From Narcine bancroftii (Eukaryota): a DNA stretch of 64,000 nt. The stretch covers positions 5,022,001 to 5,086,000 of the forward strand of contig NC_091482.1 in NCBI RefSeq assembly GCF_036971445.1, read 5' to 3'. Every line of letters begins with the position of its first letter. The first letter of the stretch is position 1. Below are positions 1 to 11,149 of this stretch, piece by piece. The notes beneath the pieces are model-generated. The model was not told where the DNA came from and searched no databases. It was given only the letters and a program-made list of their open reading frames with translations. The position numbers and the translations under genes were made by a program.

Positions 1-4
1 ATAG

Positions 5-1060
5 ATAGATGCAGCATGACCTGCTGAGTCGCCAGCATTTTTGGGTATTGCACTAGATTGTCGCATCTGCAGATTCTCTTGCTTCTTACCACACACTGAA
101 TCAGTTATAAATCTTAGTGACTCTCCTCTTTGGAAATCATCATTCTGACTGCAATTTTGACCCTTCCTCCAATTCTTCTGGCTTTTTAAAAAAAATAAAG
201 CATTTGAACTCTTATAAACCAAAGTGGGACATTCTGAGTTAAATTTGTTGAGCGGTTACTTGTGGAATTTTTTCTTAGGACACTGGTCCAAAGGCCACTG
301 ATCATTCTGTTGCTATCATTTACTCAAAGAGCAGTCAGTACTGAAGTTGTCCTTGAATACTGACAAACCTCCGACTATTACCTGCTAATCGTAGCTATTA
401 AAGGTTGCACCACCGTCCTGATAGAAGAACCCATCAACATTTTGGGCCAGGACCTTTCCTGTTCCATGTCTCCTTAAACAGTGCATTCATATAGAAACAA
501 GTCTTTTTGGAAAATGATAACTAGAATATGCATTTTCTCTAAAACTATCTCCTTAAAAGCTCCACAATTGGCTCAGTTGATTGCAGCACACTGCCACTCT
601 GATCAGCCCAAGCTAGCCCATTAGTTATTCATTCTGATAGGGATGGGCTCTTCTATCAGGACAGTGAGGCAACCTTTAATTGCCATGATTGACTGGTGCT
701 AGTCACAGGTCTGTCTAAAGTTCAAGGTCAACCACAGTACTGACTGTTCTTTGAGTAACTTCTAGAAGCATAATGTGTGGTCAGTGGCCTGAGAAAAAAA
801 ACTCAGCAAATTTAACACAAAAAAATGTTCCACTTTGGTTTTAAGTCCAAATCCATCATTTTTTTAAAAAAAGCCAAAGAATTGGAGGAGGAGTCAAAAT
901 TGCAGTCAGAATGATTTTTAAAGAGGAGATTTATAACTGATACAGTGTGGGTGACCCAAGCATTGTTGGCAGAAGTGGTAAAATCTGTAGATGCAGGGTC
1001 TAATGCAAAACACAAAAGTGCTGGAGAAACTCAGCAGATCACGCAACATCCATAGGAAGT
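5..1060. repeat. ~1 kb imperfect palindrome (arms ~5-435 and ~642-1060) with Penelope-type terminal motifs at the outer ends
   Basis: Reverse-complement matches seen by eye, e.g. CATTCTGACTGCAATTTTGAC (141) vs GTCAAAATTGCAGTCAGAATG (893), and GTCCTGATAGAAGA (415) vs TCTTCTATCAGGAC (649). Confidence 0.75.
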
Positions 1061-1749
1061 AAAAAGTCAGACCCGAAACGAGAGTCGCCTTTTACTTCTT
1101 ACAGATCTGTGTGACCTGCTGAGTTTCTCCAGCACTCTGTGGTATTAGCCCAGTGGACTACAGCCAAGAGTTCAGACTTGGAAGGAACTTACAAAGGTAC
1201 AGGTTGGCAGCAAATTATCTTCTCCATAAAAGATGATGGATCAAGACGATCAGAACGGAAGCACTTACTTCATCTTCCAGACACCCAAAAACTTCAGATG
1301 TTGTAAATCCTAAATAAAAGCAGAAGATGCTGGAAGCATCTAGTGGGTCAGGCATTAGACAGAAACAAAGAACCTCAAGTGGAAAAGCAAATCCTTTCTC
1401 TCCCTACTGATGCTACATGACTTACTTATTGATTCTAGCATTTTCTGTTTTCACTCAGAAGGAGGTGATAAACTTGCATCTAACTTCCAGTGGAAAGTAA
1501 AAGGAAGAATCAAGTGCTGTTTTCACCCATATCATTGTGGAGGCTTTGGGTCAAAAGGTCAGGGCTAGGGTAGACTTTGAATTTATGGTTGTAAAAGTTA
1601 GGATTAGGGTCTGCTTGGAGCTTGTGGTCTGAGGGGGTTAGGGATGTAGAATCCTGTTTAAAAATGTACCCCGAGAAGCACCTGAACAAGCAAAGCCAAA
1701 CACAACTTAAACAGCTATTTTTTTTGTTTGTTTGGTACATAAATAGGGC

Positions 1750-1950
1750 AACACAGTTAGCAAAGTGGTTCGTGCAACACTGTTACACACACCAGTGACT
1801 GGGAATGGGGTTTGAATCCTGTGCTTTCCTCCATGTGCTCCTGTTTCCTCCACCATACAAAAAATATACTGGGGGCTGCAGGTCAATTGGGTGTAATTGG
1901 GCGGCATAGGTTGGTGAGCTGAAAATGGCCGTTACTGTGCTGTCGGTCTG
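1750..1950 (+). mobile_element. tRNA-derived SINE, degenerate copy
   Basis: Shares body motifs (GGTTTGAATCC, GTTTCCTCCCACC, GTCAATTGGGTGTAATTGGG) with several other copies in the window. Confidence 0.55.
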
Positions 1951-3569
1951 AGAAAAAGCCATCCATATATTTCATTCCACGTAGGACCACAAATCTGAAA
2001 AATAAACAAACTTTCCACATTTACATCTGTGGGTTGTTAACCATGTAATATTCTATTCAACCTAATACTAATTTAAAATGGCTAAGAATCAATATCATAG
2101 ATCTGATTAGATATCTCATACACACACACACAGGCTATTGCATTGAGTTACTGATTAGCGATTGCAATCACAAATTGCCACAGCCCACTAAAGTTAATGA
2201 ACATTGGAATCTGTTCATGGTGAAATAAATCTAATGCGAGGGGAGCAAACATTAAACACTCCATGTTTGGTACTATTCTAACAAGTCAGAGCCAAGCAGT
2301 GTTAGTTGTGGGGAGGATAGGGTGGAGTGGTTTTGCTCCAGGATGGAGTCAGAAACTGGACAACTTCACTTGGGTGAAATGCACACACTGGTTTCTCCAG
2401 CAGAGCGCTGTGACAGTGGTTGATTTGTCATCCCAATATCCCTCACCTTGCTTTAAGTTCTTTGGGCGCTGACTGGCTCTTTGAACAAGTAATCATCATT
2501 GCGAGTTGAGCCCAAACCGTGATGGGAATTTGCATTGGGAAAGGCTTGGCTCCATGTGCGATGCAGCCATCCTTGCTCTCCATGGTCAAGCAGAGTAAGA
2601 TGAGCAACTTTGGACATCACACGGCATTCCTCCCCTTCAACTCAACAAACCAATGATAAATACATCTTTCACAGCCAGCCTGTCTGTCTTCAGCAATCTC
2701 TGAACATAAACCCAAGATGTTTCTGGGATTTGGGGCTCACATTTGCTCTAACTGATATTAGAGCCAGAACCACCAGGCTAAGAAACAGGTTCTTCCCAAA
2801 TGCAGTGAGAATACTGAATTACTATGAACTGTTCAAACAAACCCTCCTAGATTCCACTCTTTATTAACAATATTTACTCATGCATTTGTATATACATCCT
2901 GCATATGTTTGTCCGTATGTATGCTTGCATGTTTTTGTACTGAGGATTGAAGAATGGTGTTTCGTCAGGTTGTATTATCGGATAATAATAAACTTGAACT
3001 TTATTATCCCTGTTTCAGTCTTGTTTTATTATGGTAATTTAATTTTTACAATTGTATAGTGGTGTATCTTACCTATCTGTTTGGCTGCAGCAAGGAAGAA
3101 TTTTAGTGAATCTGTACATTGCACTATGTATATGGAAATAACCTCACAATGATTTTGATATGCTGGGACTTTTTTTTTACCTGGCACATAGGAGGCTGAG
3201 GAGGATCTAATAGAGATATACATAATCAGGAGTTGGTAGAGATAACTTAAAGAGTCATTGTCTTTTTTCCAGGATAGGGGAATCTAAAGAAGGCAAAAAT
3301 TTAATCCTTTGGACTCGATGCCCCAGTTTTCAGGGACTACCAACAAGTGCATATTCTCTCTGTGTCCAGGTTTCAGGGACTGACTTTATACCCAACCCAC
3401 CAGCTGGTTCATAATGGTTTTTATACTGTAGTTTACCCATGGACCCAGTCCGGAGTATATATTAAGGAAGGTTAAAAATGGCCAGAGTTCAAAAGGTTAA
3501 GGTTTAACCAGAGGGGCATCTTCTTCATGAACTTTGACAATTAATTAGACAATTACAGGGACAATTACA

Positions 3570-4387
3570 AAACTCAAAACGGTCAACCAGTTTACCTATC
3601 TCGGCTGCACCATTTCATCAGATGCAAGGATCGACAATGAGATAGACAACAGACTCGCCAAGGCAAATAGCGCCTTTGGAAGACTACACAAAAGAGTCTG
3701 GAAAAACAACCAACTGAAAAACCTCACAAAGATAAGCGTATACAGAGCCGTTGTCATACCCACACTCCTGTTCGGCTCCGAATCATGGGTCCTCTACCGG
3801 CATCACCTACGGCTCCTAGAACGCTTCCACCAGCGTTGTCTCCGCTCCATCCTCAACATCCATTGGAGCGCTTTCATCCCTAACGTCGAAGTACTCGAGA
3901 TGGCAGAGGTCGACAGCATCGAGTCCACGCTGCTGAAGATCCAGCTGCGCTGGATGGGTCACGTCTCCAGAATGGAGGACCATCGCCTTCCCAAGATCGT
4001 GTTATATGGCGAGCTCTCCACTGGCCACCGTGACAGAGGTGCACCAAAGAAAAGGTACAAGGACTGCCTAAAGAAATCTCTTGGTGCCTGCCACATTGAC
4101 CACCGCCAGTGGGCTGATATCGCCTCAAACCGTGCATCTTGGCGCCTCACAGTTTGGCGGGCAGCAACCTCCTTTGAAGAAGACCGCAGAGCCCACCTCA
4201 CTGACAAAAGGCAAAGGAGGAAAAACCCAACACCCAACCCCAACCCACCAATTTTCCCCTGCAGCCGCTGCAACCGTGCCTGCCTGTCCCGCATCGGACT
4301 TGTCAGCCACAAACGAGCCTGCAGCTGACGTGGACTTTTACCCCCTCCGTAAATCTTCGTCCGCGAAGCCAAGCCAAAGAGAAGAGA
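3570..4387 (+). mobile_element. RTE-clade LINE, 5'-truncated young copy (RT C-terminus and 3' end)
   Basis: Uninterrupted frame ...AFGRLHKRVWKNN...LRWMGHVSRMEDHRLPKIVLYGEL...CSRCNRACLSRIGLVSHKRACS*, typical of RTE/BovB-like ORF ends. GAA-rich tail. Probable TSD ACAGGGA (3555-3561/4388-4394). Confidence 0.85.
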
Positions 4388-4789
4388 ACAGGGATAAGAA
4401 AGGTCTGGAGGTATACAGGCAAAAGGGGCTTGCTTGCTTAGCATGGATAAGATAGGCTGAAGAGTCCATTTTCATTGTGTATAACTCTGGTTACAAGATC
4501 TTTATCGGTTATCTGCTGATCTATGTACATTTGGAAAGACCAATTTTAAAACAAAATCTTCCTCATCATGCACAAGTGTAGACATGATGTTATAGTGTGC
4601 TAGCAGGAAAACAGTGGAAACTCTTATTTAGCACCCATCCAGGAAAACAGAGCATAAACAAGTGAGATGGTAAGGATTGGGTGGGGTAGGAAGATAGGAA
4701 GGATGGAAAGAAGGTCACCCCAAACACTGCATATCACTGTGGGGTGAGTATCAAAGGTAATAAAACATAAAAATATATACCTGTGAGAG

Positions 4790-7440
4790 AGTGTGGGGGG
4801 AGGGGTGGGAAGAGCATGGGGAGGGGGAAGGAGGGAGGGGAGAAGAGGAGGGAGGGGAGGGGGGAGAAGAGGAGGGAGGGAGGGAGGGGGAGAAGAGGAG
4901 GGAGGGAGGGAGGGGGAGAAGAGGAGGGAGGGAGGGAGGGAGGGGGAGAAGAGGAGGGGAGGGAGGGAGGGGGAGAAGAGGAGGATGGGAGGGGAGGAGA
5001 AGGGGGAGAGAGGGAGGGAGGGGGAGGGGGGAGAAGAGGAGGAGGGAGGAGAGGGGAGAAGAGGAGGGAGGGAGGGGGAGAAGAGGAGGGAGGGAAGGGG
5101 AGAAGAGGAGGAGGGAAGGGGAGAAGAGGAGGGAGGGAGGGGGAGAAGAGGAGGGGAGGGAGGGGGAAAAGAGAGGGAGGGAGGGGGAGAAGAGGAGGGA
5201 GGGAGGGGAGAAGAGGAGGGAGGGAGGGAGGGAGGGAGGGAGACGAGGGAGGGAGGGAGGGAGGGAGAAGAGAGGGAGGGAGGGAGGTGAGGGAGGAGGA
5301 GAAGAGGAGGGAGGGGAGATAAGAGGGAGGGGAGGTGGAGAAGAGGAGGGAGGAAGGGAGGGAGGGGGAGAAGAGGAGGGAGGGAGGGGGAGGAGAAGAG
5401 GAGGGAGGAGGGAGGGAGGAGGGGGAGAAGAGGAGGAGGGAGGGGGAGAAGAGGAGGAGGGAGGGGGAGAAGAGGAGGGAGGGGGGGAGAAGAGGAGGGA
5501 GGGAGGGGGAGAGAGGAGGGAGGGAGGGGGTTGAGAAGAGGAGGGAGGGAGGGGGGAGAAGAGGAGGGAGGGAGGGGGAGAGAGGAGGGAGGGAGGGGGG
5601 AGGAGGAGGGAGGGAGGGGAGAGAGGAGGGAGGGAGGGGGAGAAGAGGAGGGAGGGAGGGGGAGAGAGGAGGGTAGGAGGAGGGGAAGAGGAGGGGGGGG
5701 AGATGGAGGAGGGAGGAGGGGGAGATGGAGGGAGGGAGGGAGGGGGAGATGGAGGGAAGAGGGAGGGGGAGATGGAGGGAGGGAGGGGGAGATTGGAGAG
5801 GAGGGGGAGTGGAGGGAGGGGGGAGATGGAGGGAGGGAGGGGGAGATGGAGGGAGGGAGGGGGAGATGGAGGGAGGGAGGGAGTGAGAGATGGAGGGAGG
5901 AGGGAGGATGGAGGGAGGGATGGAGGAGGGAGAGATGGAGGGAGGAGAGATGGAGGGAGGGAGAGATGGAGGGAGGGAGATGGAGGGAGGGGAGAGATGG
6001 AGGGGGAGATGGAGGGAGGGAGGGAGGGGGAGATGGAGGGAGGGAGGGTAGGGGGAGATGGAGGGAGGGAGGGAGGGGGAGATGGAGGGAGGGAGGGGAG
6101 ATGGAGGGAGGGAGGGAGGGGGAGATGGAGGGAGGAGGGAGGGGGGATGGATGGAGGGGGTGTTGGAGGGGGATGGGAGGGAGTGGAGGGGATGGTGGGA
6201 GGGAGGGAGGGAGGGAGATGGGAGGGGAGGGAGAGGGAGATGAGGTGAGGGAGGGAGGGGGTGATGGAGGGGAGGGAGATGGAGGGGAGGGTGGGAGGGG
6301 TGAGTGGAGGGAGTGGAGGGAGGGGTGGAAGGAGGGAGGGTGGTGGTGGGAGATGGAGGGAGGGTGGGAGGGGGAGTGGAGGAGGGGGGGGAGATGNNNN
6401 NNNNNNNNNNNNNNNNNNNNNNNNNNNNNNNNNNNNNNNNNNNNNNNNNNNNNNNNNNNNNNNNNNNNNNNNNNNNNNNNNNNNNNNNNNNNNNNNNNNN
6501 NNNNNNNNNNNNNNNNNNNNNNNNNNNNNNNNNNNNNNNNNNNNNNNNNNNNNNNNNNNNNNNNNGGAGGAGGGAGGGGGAGATGAGGGTGGGAGGGGGA
6601 GTTGGAGGGAGGGTGGAGGGGGGAGATGGTGGGTGGGAGGGTGGGGGAGTGGAGGGGAGGGAGGGAGGGGGAGATGGAGGGAGGGAGGGGGAGATGGAGG
6701 GGGGAGGGAGGGGAGATNNNNNNNNNNNNNNNNNNNNNNNNNNNNNNNNNNNNNNNNNNNNNNNNNNNNNNNNNNNNNNNNNNNNNNNNNNNNNNNNNNN
6801 NNNNNNNNNNNNNNNNNNNNNNNNNNNNNNNNNNNNNNNNNNNNNNGGGAGTGGAGGGAGGGAGGGTGGGGGAGATGGAGGGAGGAGGGAGGGTGGAGAT
6901 GGAGGGAGGGAGGGAGGGGGGTGATGGAGGGAGGGAGGGAGGGGGAGATGGAGGGGAGGGAGGGGGAGTGGGGGAGGAGGAGGGGGGTTGGGAGGGGGGA
7001 GGGGGAGATGGAGGAGGGAGGGGAGATGGAGTGGAGGGAGGGAGGGGAGATGGAGGGAGGTGGGAGGGGGAGATGGAGGGAGGGAGGGAGGGGGAGATGG
7101 AGGGAGGGGGAGATGGAGGGAGGGGGAGATGGAGGGAGGGAGGGAGGGGGAGATGGAGGGGGAGATGGAGGGAGGGGGAGATGGAGGAGGGAGGGAGGGG
7201 GAGATGGAGGGAGGGGGAGATGGAGGGAGGGGGAGATGGAGAGAGGGGGAGATGAGAGAGAGGGGGAGATGGAGAGAGGGAGGGAGGGGGAGATGGAGGG
7301 AGGGGAGGGAGGGGAGATGGAGGGAGGGAGGGGGAGATGGAGGGAGGGAGGGGGAGATGGAGGGAGGGAGGGGGAGATGGAGGGAGGGAGGGAGGGGGAG
7401 ATGGAGGGAGGGAGGGAGGGAGGGGGAGATGGATGGAGGG
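4790..7440 (+). repeat. G/A-rich low-complexity minisatellite (GGAGGGAGGGAGGGGGAGAAGA grading to GGAGGGAGGGAGGGGGAGAT) with two assembly gaps (6397-6565, 6718-6846)
   Basis: Seen directly. It explains all the long Pro/Ser-rich and Gly/Glu/Arg-rich ORFs here. Confidence 0.95.
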
Positions 7441-8060
7441 GAATTGCAGCGCTTCTTCAGGTTGGACATCATGACCGGGGCTCGCCACTCTCGGAGGAGG
7501 GCAGGCAGCACCGGAGAAGGCGGGCTGTGTTTCCCGGGACCACGGGGAGCATCAGCGGGCGAGAGAATAGGAGTGATCGCCATCTCCCGCTGCGGCCCGA
7601 GTCGCCCAACATCCTCGTCTCCCCCACGCCCCCCCCCCCCCCCCGGCCGCAGTCCGCCTTCTGTTGCCGAGGTGACGGCCGCCTCACTCACCCCCGCGGT
7701 GCGAGATGTGCCGGCACCTGAACCTCTGGCGCTTCTTGCGGTGCAGTAGCGTCGGGCACTTGAGGAGCAACGCCGCCGAAAGGACGTAGCCACCGAGGGT
7801 GGAGAGCAGGCAGACCACGGCTGACATTTCCTCGTCCATCCACCGGTCCAGCGAGCCCGGAGGGGAGGGGGGTGGGAAGAGGAAGAGGGGGTCGACACAC
7901 GGCTGCGTCCCCTGAAGGGCGACTGGCAGCCGGCGTCTGCCGCCGCGCCTGCGCACACGCCCCCGAAGGCGGCTCGTTCGCCGATGGTTGCGTCACCACC
8001 GCCTCCCCGGAGAGGACAGTCTGCGCATGCGCGAATACTTGGCGGCCCGAGGCTCATGTT
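7440..8060 (-). promoter_or_regulatory. CpG-island promoter of GDPD1 with NRF1 motif
   Basis: CpG-dense around exon 1. TGCGCATGCGC at 8022-8032, and a related GCGCCTGCGCA near 7945. Confidence 0.7.
7692..7827 (-). CDS. GDPD1: Glycerophosphodiester phosphodiesterase domain-containing 1 (GDE4), coding exon 1
   Basis: MSAVVCLLSTLGGYVLSAALLLKCPTLLHRKKRQRFRCRHISHRG resembles the human GDPD1 N-terminus (LLSTLGGY...LLLKYPTLLH...HISHRGG). Ends in phase 1 at a G|GTGAGT donor. An in-frame ATG at 7839 is an alternative start. Later exons were not found in the window. Confidence 0.93.
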
Positions 8061-10306
8061 AGCCAATTTATATCAACCACCTCCTTCCACCATAAAAGAG
8101 TGCAAGAAAAAGTCAAAGCGAGGCAGGGCCTTGGTTCACTGGTCATTCAGGAATGTGATGGCCAGGGTGGTGGGGGGTCCTCGAGGACAGACACCGCCAC
8201 TTGTCCTTGTCCTCAGTGGCGCAAAGTCTGGTCAAGTTAACAACCCTCGGTGGCCCTGATTAAAGTACATTCATCATGGACCACTACGACATACACATGT
8301 CTTTATTGGCGACATAACTCCCACTCCTCATGAGCAATAGATTGGTTCACAGATCACAACTGCAGTTACCAGTCTTGTTTAAAAACTGTATTTTGTTTCA
8401 TCATTGTAACGTCCACTTGCTCGAAGCAAGCTGACTCGGTTAATAAATTTGATAATTATCCTATACCAAAGCAAGTGCAAACCTAGGACCCATCACTTGG
8501 TGTCGTGTTGAAGAGCAGCAATCACTGTCCAGTTAGCAAACAAAACCTGTTCCTTTGATAGAAGACCAATAGCATGTTAGTTTTAGCTGGATGAAGTATG
8601 GGTACAAAAAAGTCTAATCCCTGTTGATTTGTATTTTAATGTACTTTAAATGTCAGATTTATAATGTGAGAATAATTCACACTATCAAGATGACATATTA
8701 ACATCCTTAGCAAGAACAAACCCCACACATGATAACACGAATTTCAGTCAGTGCTCCCACAACTTCATCCATCTCATTTGCCCTGACCCCAGCCAACTTC
8801 TTTCCACACAGTTCAGATCTTTCCATTTGACCATGAAGGCAAGTTACCAGACTATCAGATTTATTCAGAAAAGGTGCTTTCTTAAGAGGAAAAACCTCAA
8901 CCAAAACACAGCTGGCAGACCTAAAGGCTGGACTGTTATCACACTCCCTGACTGGAACATCAGAATTTCTAAGCACCAAATTGGTTGATTGTTTTAAGAT
9001 TTCTGGAGTTTCCCCTCATGAAAGCTTCCCAAGGGCACTTTCACTGCAACTGGCTTTCATTAATGGGCCTTGAACGATTTGTCACTGGAACCTCGAAAAC
9101 GATGAGCAAATTCAAGTTAGTTCAACCATCATGACTTAGCAGTAGCTGATGCAAACTAATTTCACGAATCCGAATCCCTGTTCAAACACCTCAAGTGCTC
9201 ACTGGTGGCTAAGACTTGAAATGGCGTGTAACATTTCAGGTGTTGTTCAACCTACTCTTCTATACTGAGACAGCGAGAATGAACAAATCTTTGTCATGTG
9301 ATTTTGTTCTCCATTATTGGATGAACTTAAAAAAAAGTGAAGTCAAATGAGGAAACTATCATCTGACAAAACTGCTTTCAGCCATGAGACCACCGCAAGA
9401 GATTGAAAACCAGACAAAAATTAGACTCAATGTGTACCCAAGAAGACTGAATGAAATGGGAATCTATCACTGAGGTCTCAAGCGCAGTTAATGATTTGAA
9501 TGAATTATAAACCATGAAGACCTTTAGAATGCTATTCTTAAACTCATTAACACGTTTGTGCACGGCATTGTCTGTGATAATTTAAAATGGTTCAAAGAGC
9601 ACACACGTCTAAAGTTAAACTTTTATCTGGAGATAAATCCTCAATGAGACAAATGTAAAACACATGTTCTGGACCTTCCCTAGATTAGAAAAATTTTGAA
9701 ATTTTAAATAACTCTTTTTGGAAAACTTTGGGGTGATGATGTTATACTCACTTCAATGTCACATTTTATCCTCTCCATTAATGGCCAGACGTGCAATTTT
9801 GATTAAATGGAAAGACAATATTTCACCTACACATGCACAATGGCTAAGAGATATTGTTTTCTTTAAACTTCAAAAAAAATTAGATATGCTTTTATTGATT
9901 CAAATATTAAATTCCAAATTATATGGGGCTCATTTGTAGACCACTACTATAACCTTAAGAGTTAATGTTGATTTGGAATTTTAGCACGGTGCTGTCTCTC
10001 TCCAAGATTATGCCATTAAATGTCAACCTTGCTTAGAGGAAGCAATTAGAATTTATCCTTTTTTGTATTTTTTTCTCTTTTTTTAGGTTCTACTGTATGT
10101 GCTATTTCTACGTATGATCATTATTATTATAACTTTTACTAGTTCTGCAGCACATAGAATTGTATTGTTCATTTTTTTCTATTGAATATCAATAAAAATA
10201 TTTTAATAAGAAAGAACACTTATTTTGCAGCTAATACTGATGTAATCAATCTGCATCACCAACCGCAATGAGTGCTTGTACTCACAACATGAATGGGCGA
10301 GAGCAC

Positions 10307-10312
10307 TTTATT
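10307..10312 (-). terminator. Candidate SMG8 polyadenylation signal AATAAA
   Basis: TTTATT on the + strand about 350 nt past the SMG8 stop codon. Confidence 0.5.
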
Positions 10313-10658
10313 GGAAAACAAAGTGGGACTTCCCCTCATCAAAAAAAAAATTCAGAGGAACCTTTTGACTGAAGCAGGCTTCACATCATCTTTGACTGGG
10401 AAACGAGTGGTCAAGTGTACCGTAGTAGAAAATGCCTGTTGTTTTAGCATCTCGTTTCAAAAGTGTCCTTAATACTTTCGGTCAAAAGAATGCATGCTCA
10501 GGTTTTGCTTATCAAGTCTATGGGTGAAATGATTCGTACCCACAAGAGCATTTAGTTCAACCTTAATTGTTTGGGGCTCTCTGTTGGGTAAACAGATGAA
10601 GGGAAATGTGTTTTTTTTTTAAAGAAAGAACCAGCACTACATAATCACAGAGGTATCA

Positions 10659-10856
10659 TCACTGTGGGATAGCTTTAAGGATACCCCGCTGCACCCGGTA
10701 ACTCATCAGTGGCTGGTTTTCCTTTGGGGGGAAGCAAGGTCCACGGTCCGTGACATAGGCATAGGGGAAGCGGAGCACCCAGAGTCCATCCGATGGAACA
10801 GGTATTTCCTGCCTCTCAGGGTAAAACACAGGGCACGGCGGGGGTCCAGGCTGAAC
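10659..10856 (-). CDS. SMG8: SMG8 coding exon 4 (last)
   Basis: VQPGPPPCPVFYPERQEIPVPSDGLWVLRFPYAYVTDRGPCFPPKENQPLMSYRVQRGILKAIPQ*. Acceptor TTTTGCAG, phase 0, 198 nt. Confidence 0.95.
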   Translation of the reverse strand, partial: VQPGPPPCPVFYPERQEIPVPSDGLWVLRFPYAYVTDRGPCFPPKENQPLMSYRVQRGILKAIPQ

Positions 10857-11149
10857 CTGCAAAAGGCAAACAAAAAATTCATCTTGCAGTTAAAAATAAA
10901 TAATGCTTACATATGCAAGTTTTTTAATACATCTAGATTTTCTCAGACAATTGCAAGGTTGAAACACAAGGACAGACAACCATGCTTATCTTTGGTTTTT
11001 ACCACAGTGACATTTCCGAGTGAAGTACAACCCACAAGGTTCCTTGAAAATGAAATCATGAGTTTTCAGAAACATGACATCTCAAAATTGCTTTCTGCTT
11101 CCCTTTTCCAAAACTATTTTCCAGCTTTCTTTGGGTTAGGACCCTTTAT

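Noticed and set aside
3325-3500. Sequence similar to 27848-28052
   Set aside because: Most likely two copies of an unclassified dispersed repeat; no coding or structural signal was seen.
1-7691. GDPD1 exon 2 (expected GAGENLENT-like peptide)
   Set aside because: No matching minus-strand segment with splice sites was found by eye. It probably lies before position 1, though it could be hidden in a gap.
4624-8066. Very long ORFs (954 aa, 1110 aa and others) rich in Pro/Ser/Leu or Gly/Glu/Arg
   Set aside because: They are artefacts of a stop-poor purine minisatellite containing N gaps, open in most frames on both strands.
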